Shown here in pieces: positions 1 through 14,549 of a stretch of DNA of 64,000 nt. A program made the translations under genes and the position numbers. This DNA is from Octopus vulgaris (lineage: Eukaryota). Position 1 is the first letter of the stretch, and every line of letters begins with the position of its first letter. Below the pieces are notes generated by a model, which worked only from the letters and a program-made list of their open reading frames with translations, was not told the origin of the DNA and searched no databases. The DNA lies in NCBI GenBank assembly GCA_951406725.2, contig OX597823.1:28086001-28150000 (forward strand), read 5' to 3'.

Positions 1-933
1 AAGCAACTAACAAACGCGCATGCTTAAGAAAGCTACTTACTAGACAGCTACTCCTGCGCCTAATGAATTGAAATTTTCTCCTCAGCTAGAGAAGGAAAAT
101 AACAACTAAACGGCGTTCATTAATGATTCACAATGCTAAGAAACAACAGGCACGGTTGGTAATTAGAAACAGATTTTGCGACTAGAATCTATTTGACTGC
201 TTCAGCAGTTTTCTTCTACAACAAAAAAGCTATGGTTGACATGAAACAATGGTAAATAATACTGTCCAAGATACCAAGCAGGTGGATTGAAAACTTGGCA
301 CTTGCGCTTGGGAAGAGAATTTCTTAATCTACAAATGCTTGTTTCTCCACCAATGTATGCAGCTGCTCTATTTCCGAAATGCCCCTAATGCATAATGATT
401 CTACCTCTGTGCATATGTATGTGATCTCTGTGATCTCTTTATTTGGCACTACGGCCATAATACAGAGGGGACAGCACAAATACAGTCAGGACAGCACATT
501 GGGGACAAAAACATAAAACAAATGAAAAATGGTAAAATGTATAATGAAATCGATGGTGGTGAAATGGCTGCATGCGCCCCACTCACATGCAGTACCATTT
601 GAACGTTCTTACTGTCCGTTTATAATCGTTTTCAGTGTATTTTCTATTAGCATCTTTTTGTTTTACTCTTTCTTCCCTTTTCCCCTCCTTTTTAAACCAC
701 AATTTACTCTCTTTTTATAATACCTTATATATGGCTCAATTTCGCTTAGTTCAACTACTGGGGGTAGTTCATCGAACTCCACCACGAATCCCTTCAATTC
801 TTAGTCTATGATTAGAATAAGAATTGAAGGTATTAATTTTAATAATTTTAATATTTAGTCCTATATGTACCTATCGTAGATAATGTTGTTCAACGATGAT
901 TGAGTTGCTTCTGGGTGATTCTGTCTCTTAAAC

Positions 934-1018
<85 letters not shown>
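934..1018. repeat. (TCTA)n microsatellite
   Basis: Perfect tetranucleotide array, followed by (TG)n. Confidence 0.97.
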
Positions 1019-1019
<1 letters not shown>

Positions 1020-1472
1020 GTGTGTGTGTGTATGTGTCTGTGTGTGTTTGTGTATAGTGTACTGTTTCGTTTTTGGTGGTACCAACAAAGATGTACTCGC
1101 TCCAGTGAGCGAAGAATCTCATTTAATGCACAATATTTAGATTCGAGCTACTATTAGTTTCATGCCTCTGTAAATACAATATTTGGAGAAGTCTGTATAG
1201 CGTGCCGAGTATTTCCAAGCAATCGGTCATACTCAAAATACAACATGGCTGAGCTTTTAGAAAAAAGCGAGAAAGAACGAAAAAGAACAAGGAGATAAGG
1301 TAAAAGAAAAGAAGTGAGATAAAAAAAGAAAAAGGAAAATGGAGGTAGTGGAATTAAGATTTGAGCCCCCTTTATCCGTTAGAATCAAAATTACTGTGAA
1401 TGGTGTAATTAATGAAACAGGAAAGTTAATGTTTTTGAGACTTCATACTTAATAGGAAGAGGGAGGTGTTTA

Positions 1473-2020
1473 CTATTTCAGTAATAGAAATTTGTTCGGA
1501 TGCTTACATTTAATGAAAATCTCAGATCTCGAATTCAGTAGGTCATAAACGATTCGAGATGTCTCGGCTAAACAAAGCCTTCATCTTCTTGAACCATTAA
1601 CGTATAGCGTGGATCGTTCCACTATGCTCCATGTGATGGTGTTTGGTGTAATGTTGGCTTTCAGATCCCAAATATGGTTAGCTAACTTTGGGATATTCTT
1701 TTTATCTCCGTGTCGTAAAGAAGACTGATGTTTGTATATCTGTTTGGAAAGTCCCTTTCGCATATACCAATGTACGTTTTCTTTTGAGCCTCATTATTTT
1801 GAAGCACTGAAGTGACTTCAGCTTTATAAACCATTGAGCTAATCATACATACTTGGTTAAGGGGGCGGTTTCTGGGTTTCTAAAACAGCAAATTGCAGTA
1901 GGCATATGGTGTAACTTGCGAGTAATAAAATTTTTGATGCTGAAGCAGCAACTGTATGAATATCTATTAAAAAATTTACGGTATATATGATTATCTGAAA
2001 AATGCTTATGAATTAAAGCC
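1473..2020 (-). pseudogene. Penelope-like element C-terminal GIY-YIG endonuclease fragment (decayed)
   Basis: Manual minus-strand translation across frameshifts and a stop gives ...HKHFSDNHIYRKFFNR...MVYKAEVT...KTYIGICE...HQSSLRH...LANHIWDLK...ITWSIVE...LCLAE...LLNSRSEIFIKCKH. It has the VY...YIG motif and the LNxRSExxxKCxH tail typical of PLE endonucleases. Confidence 0.85.
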
Positions 2021-2125
2021 TTAAATTGTCTTAATACTCAAAGCGAAAGTGGGGATGAACCATGTAATCTTCCTGAATCCTTCTCTATTTCTCTCTCTGT
2101 ATACATATATATGTGTGTATGTATA

Positions 2126-2210
<85 letters not shown>

Positions 2211-2348
2211 TATATAGATACATATGTAATATACATATATATGTTTTTATATGCATATATGTACATATATATATGTATACATACACACACACTCATATAT
2301 ATACGTGCATATGAATGTGTTTATATACACCTATATCTACCTCTCTCC

Positions 2349-2440
<92 letters not shown>

Positions 2441-2796
2441 GCGCGTGTGTATATAAACATACATACATTCCTGCATGAGCGAATACAACGACACAGATAC
2501 ACACACAGACATATACACGTATACGTATTTGTATATATAGATAGATAGATCGATAGATAGATATATTAACTTATAACTATAGAGTTTTGCAGGAGTTTGC
2601 AGGGCTATAAATCAGTAAACATTATTTTATTGCCCTTCGAAACTAATGAGATGTATAAAATATCTGTATGCGTATTGATGAACGGAGAAAATGTAATCTG
2701 TGCCTTCCTTCCTTCATTCCACCCATCCTTACATCTAATCTGCCATCTCTCCTTACATTTTCCTTCATCCATCTTTCAATCATTCCTTTCAACCGT

Positions 2797-2963
2797 CCTT
2801 CCTTCCTTCCTTCCTTCCTTCCTTCCTTCCTTCCTTCCTTCCTTCCTTCCTTCCTTCCTTCCTTCCTTCCTTCCTTCCTTCCTTCCTTCCTTCCTTCCTT
2901 CCTTCCTTCCTTCCTTCCTTCCTTCCTTCCTTCCTTCCTTCCTTCCTTCCTTCCTTCCTTCTT
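2797..2963. repeat. (CCTT)n microsatellite
   Basis: About 40 near-perfect units. Confidence 0.97.
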
Positions 2964-3244
2964 TTCTAGTTTTCTATCTATTTCCCTCCTTCCTTCTAAG
3001 CAATACTTATCAACCAGCATATAGTTTTATATTCCATTAGTTTCCTGCAGACGAGGAAAGATATTTACATACCTGTAATTTAATGTACCCATAAATTTTC
3101 AAATTTAACCATACATTTTGACGTATTGAGTACTACTTATTTAGTCTGTCCATATACTTGTTCCGGCGAGCAAGCACATCCTGATCAAATACACACATAT
3201 AAATATTTACATTCATATAGGCACTCCCACCCATAAATTTATAT

Positions 3245-3284
<40 letters not shown>

Positions 3285-3433
3285 TATGTGTTTGTGTGTG
3301 TATGTGTATATACTTATGTATGTGTTAATATGCATAGAAAACAAGCACCATCAACAGCAAATATACTTTCATTAAAGATGCAACAGGTAAACAAATATAT
3401 AGTTATATATATATATATATATATATGTACGTA

Positions 3434-3556
<123 letters not shown>

Positions 3557-4450
3557 AGAGAGAGAGAGAGCATACTTTTGATAATATTACAAATTATTTG
3601 TTGTAAAAGAAGCATAACTAAAAAATAAATTGTTTGATTTAATGGCGTATATATAGAAAGAAATTTCATACAATACCTTCTCTGTCTGTCTCTCTCACAG
3701 AAACATTCACACACATACACATATATGTATACATGTCTGTCTCAATAGGTTTGCGTGATTCTGTATTTATGCGTATGCAAATGATTAACGATGCAAACAT
3801 AGCCATAGAAACAAGCAGTAGTTTTGTTAGTTTGAGCCAACATGGCGGTTGTTAGCGTGAGATTTAGTTTAAGGTTGATGAATGTAATGTATTCTAGAGA
3901 ATTATCTGCTGTCCCTCGTTTTTTTACACATCGTTCTATTGATTTATGTAATGTAAGATTAATCTATATTGCTTTAGTCTGTAGTTGTTTAAATAGAATG
4001 GTTAAATATATTGAATGTGAGTAAAGAATTGTTTGGATATACATACATACATACATACATACATACATACAAACACACACACACACACGCACACACACAC
4101 ACACACATATATATATATGTATGTATATAAGGAGACTGAGAGAGATGATCAGAGGTAGGGTAAAAAATGGGATTTGGTTTGGTATATGTTTGCAAGTGAA
4201 GAAATAAACAATAGTAGAAGAGACTGTGTTGCACGAAAACAAAGAGCGTGTGTGAAGGAGAGAGAGAGAGAGAGAGGGAAAGAGAGTGAGAGAGAAAGGG
4301 AGAGAAAGAGAGAGAAAGTGATGGATAAATATATAGTTAGCTAGAGAAAGAGAGTGTGAGAGAAAGAGAGAAAGAGAGGGAGAGATACAGAGAAAGGGAA
4401 AGAAAGATAGAGGGAGAAAAAGACAGAAGGATAAAAAGAGATAGATAGAT

Positions 4451-4482
<32 letters not shown>

Positions 4483-5015
4483 GGAGAGAGAAAGGGAGAG
4501 AAAGTTAGAGGGAAAGAGATAGAGAAAGCGTGAGATAAATAGAGAAAGAGAGAAGGAGGGGGACGGGTGGGAAGCAAGAGAACGAATGATAGAAATATCT
4601 CAGAGAATAACAGTAATTGTAGATGCACAGACACACACACACAAACATACATACACACACACAAATATACACACATCCACACAAACATATACACACATAG
4701 ACATACACACACACACAAACATTCATACACACATACAAACATAGACACACACAGACATACACACACATACGCACACAAACAAATATGCAAACAAAGAAAC
4801 ATAAACTGATCTATAAACGAGCCCATCTATCTATTTATCTACCTATCTGTCTGTCTGTCTGCCTGTCTGTCTATCATTAGAATGTGGTCATGCTGGGGCA
4901 CCGTCTCAATGGATTTAGTCGAAGAAATCAACGCTCAGTATTAATCTTCTTAAAGTCTGTTAATCTGGGACTTATTCCATCACTAAAGGACTTATTCCAT
5001 CACATACACACACAC

Positions 5016-5203
5016 ACAAGATAGATCGCTAGCCACTACACATTCTTTATTTTCTCTCTTTGTTTCTTTCTGTGTTCCTTTCTATGGTAGAGCGTAGGCT
5101 CGAAACGTTAAAGTCTTTTTCACTTCCCGAGCGTTATGCTTATACATCTGTTTGTTGTCTACACCACCTGTCTTCGTCTTTTGTTTTTTTTGTGAATTCT
5201 CCC
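5016..5203 (+). mobile_element. Short interspersed non-coding repeat with a hammerhead-like fold (putative PLE pLTR derivative); other copies at 21165-21298, 27122-27273 and 44425-44552
   Basis: The block ttcccgagcgtta...ctgtttgttgt...cacctgtcttcgtcttttgtt...aattctc recurs four times (partial at 44.4 kb). The gagc-gtag-gctc-gaaacgt motif lies at 5090-5108. Confidence 0.6.
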
Positions 5204-7124
<1,921 letters not shown>

Positions 7125-7134
7125 GACGTATATA

Positions 7135-7870
7135 CTGGGTGTTCGGGCTAAATTTGATGATTTTTCGTCGCTTATTTTTCAGCAACAGGTTGATGTATTC
7201 GTGAACATTTCGCGGCGTTGGAGAGCATAAAGTTTAAGTTTGTAGTTGAGAAGGAATTAGTTGATATGTAGGGCTGGAAGTCATCAGAATACTGGAAAAA
7301 GGGTTACCTGTATCATAAGGAATCGCACCGGGTGTCAAAATTCTGACATCATCACTGCTGCTCAGTGTAGCGTGAATATAGCAAAGGCTGTATGATATGA
7401 CTGGGGAGGCTGCAACGGAGACTACGAAACCGTGGCCTGCATGAAAGAACACAAGAAGGGTGTAGTTCCAGTGAAGGTGACGTCATACCGCCATACAACT
7501 TTGAACAGGGCCATAGACTGAATTCAGACTGCTATGTGAAGCTACTGGAGACTGTGATCGAGCCCTAGCTGGAGAGGCATATGTGTGGCAGTAGGATTCG
7601 GTTCCTTGTTATACCTCCGGAAAGAGTCAGATGTGGTTGTTGGAGAATTTCTACGACATTACCAGCGCCAATTTCTGGCCTCCTAATACTCCAAATTGTA
7701 ACTGCATGCTTTAGTATGTGAGGGGGGAGGCTGAGAAGAGTATTAACCAGTCTGTTTGCAACACCAACGACGAGCTAGTTCGAAGATCTACCTAGGGATA
7801 CAATGAGGAACGCAGGCGTTTGGTTCCGAAGCCACTTTGAGGTACGAAGTAGTAGAAACTGAAGGCGGCA
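7135..7870 (+). mobile_element. Decayed IS630-Tc1-mariner transposon (maT/DD37D-like)
   Basis: TA followed by a TIR-like start ctgggtgttcgggctaaatt. Translation AYVWQ*DSVPCYTSGKSQMWLLENF...FWPPNTPNCNCML*YV matches the WQQDGAPAH / WPPNSPDLNPLDY pattern. Confidence 0.65.
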
Positions 7871-8144
7871 GCTTCGAGTTAGCTGTCGTATTCCACCTAT
7901 AATCTTCAACCTGTATACATATATACGTACATATTTCGAGGCCACGTTTTCGTTCATTTCTCATATATATATATACCTACGAACATGGATTTTTTATAAT
8001 TTTATGAGTAAGAATCGAAACAATTGAATATGATTTGTGTTTAATATTTATCAATTTATTATATTATTAACATAATACTATAATATATTATGTTAATAAA
8101 TTTTTATTTTTGTATGAACAATTGTATATCTCTATTTTCTTTTC

Positions 8145-8199
<55 letters not shown>

Positions 8200-8604
8200 T
8201 ATATATATATATATATGCATATATATATATGCTATCGTTCTATTATTGCAGTCCCAATTTGAATTCTAACTGTTGGCCAGTTCGTCCCAAAGTTCGTATC
8301 TCAACGTAAAATTAACGAAGCAAATATCATTTATCTTCCCCTTGATCTCTGACGTCATCTGACAAACGCCACCCATGACGGCGTGAATCAGCCAAGTTTT
8401 ACCTGCTAGAAATAGCAACCCAAATACTTTTAAATCAGATCCCAATGCTGGATGTTCAAGAACCAAATGAAGGACCATTCTGATTCCAGAAAGGTATATA
8501 TCTATGGTGGAACAAATGTAGACTGAGATACAGGGGTCTCAGACGGACAGATAAAATTTTGCTTTTATTGCACACACGCACAAACACACAGGCACAAAAA
8601 TACA

Positions 8605-8663
<59 letters not shown>

Positions 8664-8668
8664 GTATA

Positions 8669-8820
8669 TGACAGGCTTCTTTAATTTTCTGTCTTACAAA
8701 TCCACCCACACGGCTTTGGTCGGCGCGTAGCTATAATATAAGACACTTGTCCAAGGTGCGATGCAGTGGGACTGAACCCGGAAACATGTGGTTGGGAAGC
8801 AAGCTTGCCACTCCTGTGCC
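8669..8820 (-). mobile_element. SINE family A, 5' part
   Basis: Reverse complement of the head seen at 20247 (caggagtggc...ccgggttcagtcccactgc...accttggacaagtgtctt). Confidence 0.85.
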
Positions 8821-8949
8821 TATATATATGTATGTGTATATATATATATAGTTAATCCAAACATGAAACACAAAGAGAAAACACAACAACGCGAGGACGT
8901 GGAACTACTATAGTATTATTAGACGCTCAAGAAAGAAGGAAAGAATATA

Positions 8950-8981
<32 letters not shown>

Positions 8982-9016
8982 CACATATATATATATATAT
9001 ATACATATATATTTAT

Positions 9017-9092
<76 letters not shown>

Positions 9093-9098
<6 letters not shown>

Positions 9099-9722
9099 GT
9101 TATCGCCATACTAATATGGCATTCTTATAAAAATAAGAATAAAGCTGTCCGCTTATTAGCTCCATGTTCGAAGGTTATATGGATACAGTTTGTGTATCAA
9201 ATAGCTAACTTAAGGCGATGGCCTCATGGAGCTAATAAGCGGACAGCTTTATTCTTATTTTTATAAGAATGCCATATTAGTATGGCGATAACTATTATTT
9301 TCCGGGAACGCTGCCGTGTTCTCTTTTAGAGAGACTTAGTAATTTTAATATTTCTATTATTGAAAACAAGTGGATGTATTCCACCGAAACTAGGTAAATA
9401 AAACCTTCGAACAGAGATTGTGGGAAGCGACACCTACTGGTCTGACTACGCTGCATTGAAAAGGGGCAATACCCCGAAACGCGTCTGTAGCTGTCGGTCA
9501 AGTAGTGTGGAGCGACTGACCTCCCTTGTTCGAAGGTTATATGGATACAGTTTGTGTATCAAATAGCTAACTTAAGGCGATGGCCTCATGGAGCTAATAA
9601 GCGGACAGCTTTATTCTTATTTTCATAAGAATGCCATATTAGTATGGCGGTAACTATTATTTTCCGGGAACGCTGCCGTGTTCTCTTTTAGAGAGACTTA
9701 GTAATTTTAATATTTCTATTAT
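9093..9722 (+). mobile_element. Hammerhead-bearing non-coding retroelement: 362-bp monomer in partial tandem plus 5' inverted segment
   Basis: 9165-9360 is repeated at 9527-9722. 9093-9166 is the reverse complement of 9225-9298. (TA)n lies on both flanks. Confidence 0.85.
9450..9491 (+). ncRNA. Minimal type I hammerhead ribozyme-like motif with variant core
   Basis: gctgca-TTGAAAA-gggg caata cccc-GAAA-cgcg-TC-tgtagc. Helix I is gctgca/tgtagc, helix II is gggg/cccc, helix III is the palindrome acgcgt, and the site is GUC. The core deviates from CUGANGA at two positions. Confidence 0.65.
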
Positions 9723-10593
9723 ATATATATATATACATATATGCATGTAGTTAGACAGACGGATATATATACATGGGTGTTTAAAATTTAAAAGTGGTGG
9801 GAGGCAGAATTCGTGGGACATTATAGTAGTGTCCTCAATAGACAATTGGTGCCGCAGAAAAAAAATTTTATTGGTTAGGACGAAATACTGCAGGATTGTT
9901 GCGTTTACAAACACTTATAGATTAAGTATGTGATTTACAAATACACATAATTTGATAATGTTTACATAATCGAGCTGCCTCGAACACAAAATTTGAAAAT
10001 ACATACATACACACACATATACATAGACACATGTACATATACACGTGTACAAATGTATGTGAATGTATATATGTATGTGTCGTATATATTCGGTTTCAAG
10101 GCAATCTCACATATAATGCTATCTCACTCTAACTGTATGAAACCCGATATTCTCGGTTAAATTTCCCGCATTATACACGAATTAATTCAGTATATAACAA
10201 TGAGAGAATTGCTTGCAAAACCAAGCAGATTAAAATCAAACAATGCTAAAAGTACGTGCAAACCTAGCATCGGGGTCAACGGCTTTCTTTCAAAAGTGCG
10301 CAGGGATATAAAAATAATCGAGCAGCATATAGTGGTTGTAAAACCACTAAGATCGATAGACAAGCTTGTGCTCTTTAGTTGTGGTGAAAGTAGAATTATT
10401 TTGAAGAGAAGCAGAGCAAATAAAAACGTGGCAGGTCAAGCCAATATAATCTTTGATCTATAACCATTTGTAATACCTAATTATCGTCGTATTTCTTTAG
10501 CGTTCAGTTATTTTGCATATAACCAAGTTAAGCAATTGCGATGCTGCTTAAACCATATCTTTCATTCATGATTGAAGTATTGTTGCTTGCAAG

Positions 10594-10845
10594 GGCGGTG
10601 AGCTGGCAGAAACGTTAGCATCCCGAGCGAAATGCTTTGCGGTATTTCGTCTGCCGTTACGTTCTGAGTTCAAATTCCGCCGAGGTCGACTTTGCCTTTC
10701 ATCCTTTCGAAGTCGATTAAATAAGTACCAGTTACGCACTGGGGTCGATATAATCAACTTAATCCGTTTGTCTGTCCTTGTTTGTCCCCTCTGTGTGTAG
10801 CCCCTTGTGGGCAATAAAAAATAAGAAACGTTAGCACGCCGGGCT
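10594..10845 (+). mobile_element. SINE family B (tRNA-like head, Nin/Deu-like core)
   Basis: gagttcaaattcc B-box-like motif followed by ggtcgactttgcctttcatcctttc...taagtaccag. Further copies near 50815-51270 and 54040-54440. Confidence 0.8.
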
Positions 10846-11222
10846 TGCTTTCATTTGTCTTTTATTTGTGTCGGATGTTGGACTGCAGCCATACTGGGCA
10901 GCACCTTGAAGGGTTTTCAGTCGAACCAATCGACCCCATTAATTACTCTTTTATGTTTAGTACTTTTTCTAACGTTTGTCTTTGCTGAACTATCAAGTTA
11001 CGGGGACGTGGACGAAACAACACCGGTTCTCATGAAGTGTGTGTGGATCTGATGCAGACATAAGCACACATACAAAGACAAACACGCACACAAACGCACA
11101 CAGATGATTAAACACACACATACATATATACTTACATACGTTATCTATCCATCCATCCATCCATCCATCCATCCATCCATCCATCCATCCATCCATCCAT
11201 ACATCCATCCATCTATCCATCC

Positions 11223-11302
<80 letters not shown>

Positions 11303-12120
11303 GAATACGAAAGTCTTCGACAGCGTGGAAATCAACGCAGTGCTGCCAGCTCACGGGAAACAAGGTGTGACGATGCAGTATGTCACTCTCCCGAGGGAGG
11401 CGAATACCGAGTGCATAACGAATGTGACCCTGTTATCTTCAGCAGTGAATGTTCCAACGGAGAAAGGTGTCAAACAAGGAGACACCATCATTCTCCTAAG
11501 CTCTTCACGGCGTGTCTCCAGATAGTCAATCAAGACATGAACTAGAACGGAGGCATAAGGATAAACGGAGAACTGCTCATCCAGCTAAGATTTGCGGACG
11601 ACATAACGCTGATAGCGTAGAACACCAATCAACTACAGACCATGCTATACAAACTGGATTCCAGGGGTTCGGCTGTCAGCCTGAAGATCAACCGTAACAA
11701 AACCAAGTACATATGGTCTGAGGGCGTACCGATCGGTCGCTTAACAGTCAGAGGTACTGAAATAGAATGGGTGAGCACCTATATGTATCTTGTTGAAGAA
11801 ATGACTGTAGGGCGAGAGATAGAGAATGAAACCACGCGAAGGGTAAGAGCAGGATGGAGAGCATTCAACTCGGTGAAAGATGTGCTGAAGGCGAACCTAT
11901 ACAAGGCAACTCACACCAATCTCTTTAACATCACAGTCTTGCCTACAATGCTATACGCATGTGAGACTTGGGCATTGACGAAGAGAGAACAACAACACCT
12001 GCTTACGGCGCAGAAAGCCTTGGAAAGGTCGATGCTGGGAATCTCGCTAAAAGATCACACCCGGAACGAAGAGATCAGAGATTGAACTGGAGTGAAGGAC
12101 GTCGTCGATGGAGACCGCCT
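11303..12120 (+). pseudogene. RTE-clade LINE reverse transcriptase fragment (frameshifted)
   Basis: KVFDSVE, KGVKQGDTI, LRFADDITLIA, LKINRNKTKY and VLPTMLYACETWALTK motifs spread over ORFs 11325, 11512 and 11642. Confidence 0.88.
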
Positions 12121-12147
12121 TGCGAATATAACAGCTTGGATATGGTA

Positions 12148-12189
<42 letters not shown>

Positions 12190-12368
12190 AAATGGGAAAA
12201 ATTCGTCATCAGCGACGGAATATCCCATACTCTGAGATTTCCCAGAAACAGCTGTAAGACTTTGAAGTTTTTCAAATAATAATGTATATGACTTGAGATG
12301 TTTGCCTTGCCTTAACGTTTGCTGTCCTCTTTAACAATTATACATTATATATATATATATATATATAT

Positions 12369-13170
12369 ACTAGCAGTATTGCCCGGCTCGTGCACTCGTG
12401 CGTTCTATGCACGCGCGAATTAAGCTAAACTTGGATGAAGTTCAATCAAAATTCAATTATTTTGGTTTTAAAATCAAGCATTTAATGCCCTCTATTTTTG
12501 CGCTTATGTGTTCCATTTCCTCAATAGGAAGTACGTAGAAGCGTTTCATGAATTTTGTTGATCAAATAATTGCATTGTTGAATTATTCTTTTAGATCAGT
12601 TTTTCTCAATGGGGATTTCAGGGGGAGAGTTTCAGGGAGTCGCTGGCGACGTATTGTGATGATCAAAAATCCGGCCTGCTAAAATTTGGTTAAAGTGATT
12701 CAAATTGCAGACTCAACGCAAAATGGTCACATTTAATTCAAAGCGTTAAAAATGTTATGAAAACAATTGGTGTGTGTTCACAAAGTCCAAACGATTAATA
12801 CGAAAAAACCCTCCAGGCTACATCCCGAAAATTCATTTCTTTGCCGAATTTCTACAATGTTTACGGCGATTCGTTTTTATATCTTGATTTTATATTTTTC
12901 ACGCAATTTACGCATACATGCACGCGTGGTGAACACAGTTCACGTCAAACAGCTGACTGAGTAAAGTTCACTATTCAATGCATGGGATAAGGCCTAAACA
13001 AACACATTATCGATTTTTGCACTTGCGAGATAAATTTCGGAACAGAAATAGCGCAGTTCAATTTTCATTCGCCTAAACTTTAAGTGACCCATTTTTGGCG
13101 GTTCTACAATTTGTTGGCTAGGAGGAGATGTGCCGGGAAGTTAAACACACAGATACACACAGACACACAA
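12369..13170 (-). mobile_element. Possible non-autonomous Helitron
   Basis: The minus-strand end reads ...gccgggcaatactgCTAGt, a Helitron-like CTAG 3' terminus next to a GC-rich segment. A similar end lies near 41858-41900. No coding capacity is seen. Confidence 0.4.
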
Positions 13171-13575
13171 AGAGTGTCTGTGTGGTAAGTAGCTTGCTAA
13201 CCAATCACATGGTTCCGGGTTCAGTCCCACTGCGTGGCATCTTGGGCAAGTGTCTTCTGCTATAGCCCCGGGCTGACCAATGCCTTGTGAGTGGATTTGG
13301 TAGACGGAAACTGAAAGAAGCCTGTCGTATATATGTATATATGTATAAGTGTGTGTGTATATGTTTGTGTGTCTGTGTTTGTCCCCCTAGCATTGCTTGA
13401 CAACCGATGCTGGTGTGTTTACGTCCCCGTCACTTAGCGGTTCGGCAAAAGAGACCGATAGAATAAGTTCTGGGCTTACAAAGAATAAGTCCCGGGGTCG
13501 ATTTGCTCGACTAAAGGTGGTGCTCCAGCATGGCCGCAGTCAAATGACTGAAACAAGTAGATGAGTAAATGAGTA
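13171..13575 (+). mobile_element. SINE family A, near full length
   Basis: tRNA-like head, internal (TG)n, and 3' ...gctccagcatggccgcagtcaaatgactgaaacaag. Highly similar to 20247-20649. Confidence 0.92.
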
Positions 13576-13580
13576 AATGA

Positions 13581-13644
<64 letters not shown>

Positions 13645-13786
13645 AATATAAGAGAGTGGTCACTATGTGGCTCACTCTAGCACTAGTAAATCCAAAAGGT
13701 TTCAACCACAAAAATACATGTTTCCCATGAAATTCAGTACGATTGTTAGCTCACACGAACAGGGCAAATAAAAAATAACAAAAATA

Positions 13787-13881
13787 CAGATTATTTTGGG
13801 ACAATTGTTTCGCTATTAATGAATTAAATGTAATTTTACTCACAAAAAACTCACTTGTAGCTCCTCAGCCAAAACTATCTG
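13787..13881 (-). ncRNA. Type I hammerhead ribozyme (inverted-arm copy)
   Basis: Reverse complement of 14455-14549. Confidence 0.88.
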
Positions 13882-14454
13882 GATGAAATCCACTCAATCC
13901 CACGCCAGATTTTACCATAACGATAAATACACGTGTGGTTCAATTGATTACATCCGACGTTATAATTCAAATGCCCCTACCAACAGCGCGCCAAACTTTC
14001 ACGGAAACAAATACTACATTTAGAAATAAATGTAGCATAATTATTATTAATTAATAAGGGTGAGAGAATTAGATACTAATTTAATAGTATACCTATTCAA
14101 CACCAAGTGGCCCAGTGCCCTAAGAAACCTGGATTATTATAATATTTTATAATATATTATAATATTTTATACATTATAATATATTATAAAATATTATAAT
14201 AATCCAGGTTTCTCGCGGCACTGGGCCACTTGGTGTTGAATAGGTATACTATTAAATTAGTATCTAATTCTCTCACCCTTATTAATTAATAATAATTATG
14301 CTACATTTATTTCTAAATGTAGTATTTGTTTCCGTGAAAGTTTGGCGCGCTGTTGGTAGGGGCATTTGAATTATAACGTCGGATGTAATCAATTGAACCA
14401 CACGTGTATTTATCGTTATGGTAAAATCTGGCGTGGGATTGAGTGGATTTCATC

Positions 14455-14549
14455 CAGATAGTTTTGGCTGAGGAGCTACAAGTGAGTTTTTTGTGAGTAA
14501 AATTACATTTAATTCATTAATAGCGAAACAATTGTCCCAAAATAATCTG
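14455..14549 (+). ncRNA. Type I hammerhead ribozyme with extended helix II
   Basis: cagata gttttgg-CTGAGGA-gcta-[42 nt, itself paired]-tagc-GAAA-caattg-TC-ccaaaat aatctg. The core is canonical, helix III is the palindrome acaattgt, and predicted cleavage is after C14536. Confidence 0.9.

Noticed and set aside
1143-1260. Possible hammerhead downstream of the GIY-YIG at 1473
   Set aside because: A GAAA-ctaatag-TA half is visible on the minus strand, but I could not find the CUGANGA core or helix I partner.
9165-9722. CRISPR-like or LTR-like direct repeats
   Set aside because: Only two 196-bp copies, with no spacer array, no TG...CA ends and no primer-binding site. A partial tandem of one monomer explains it better.
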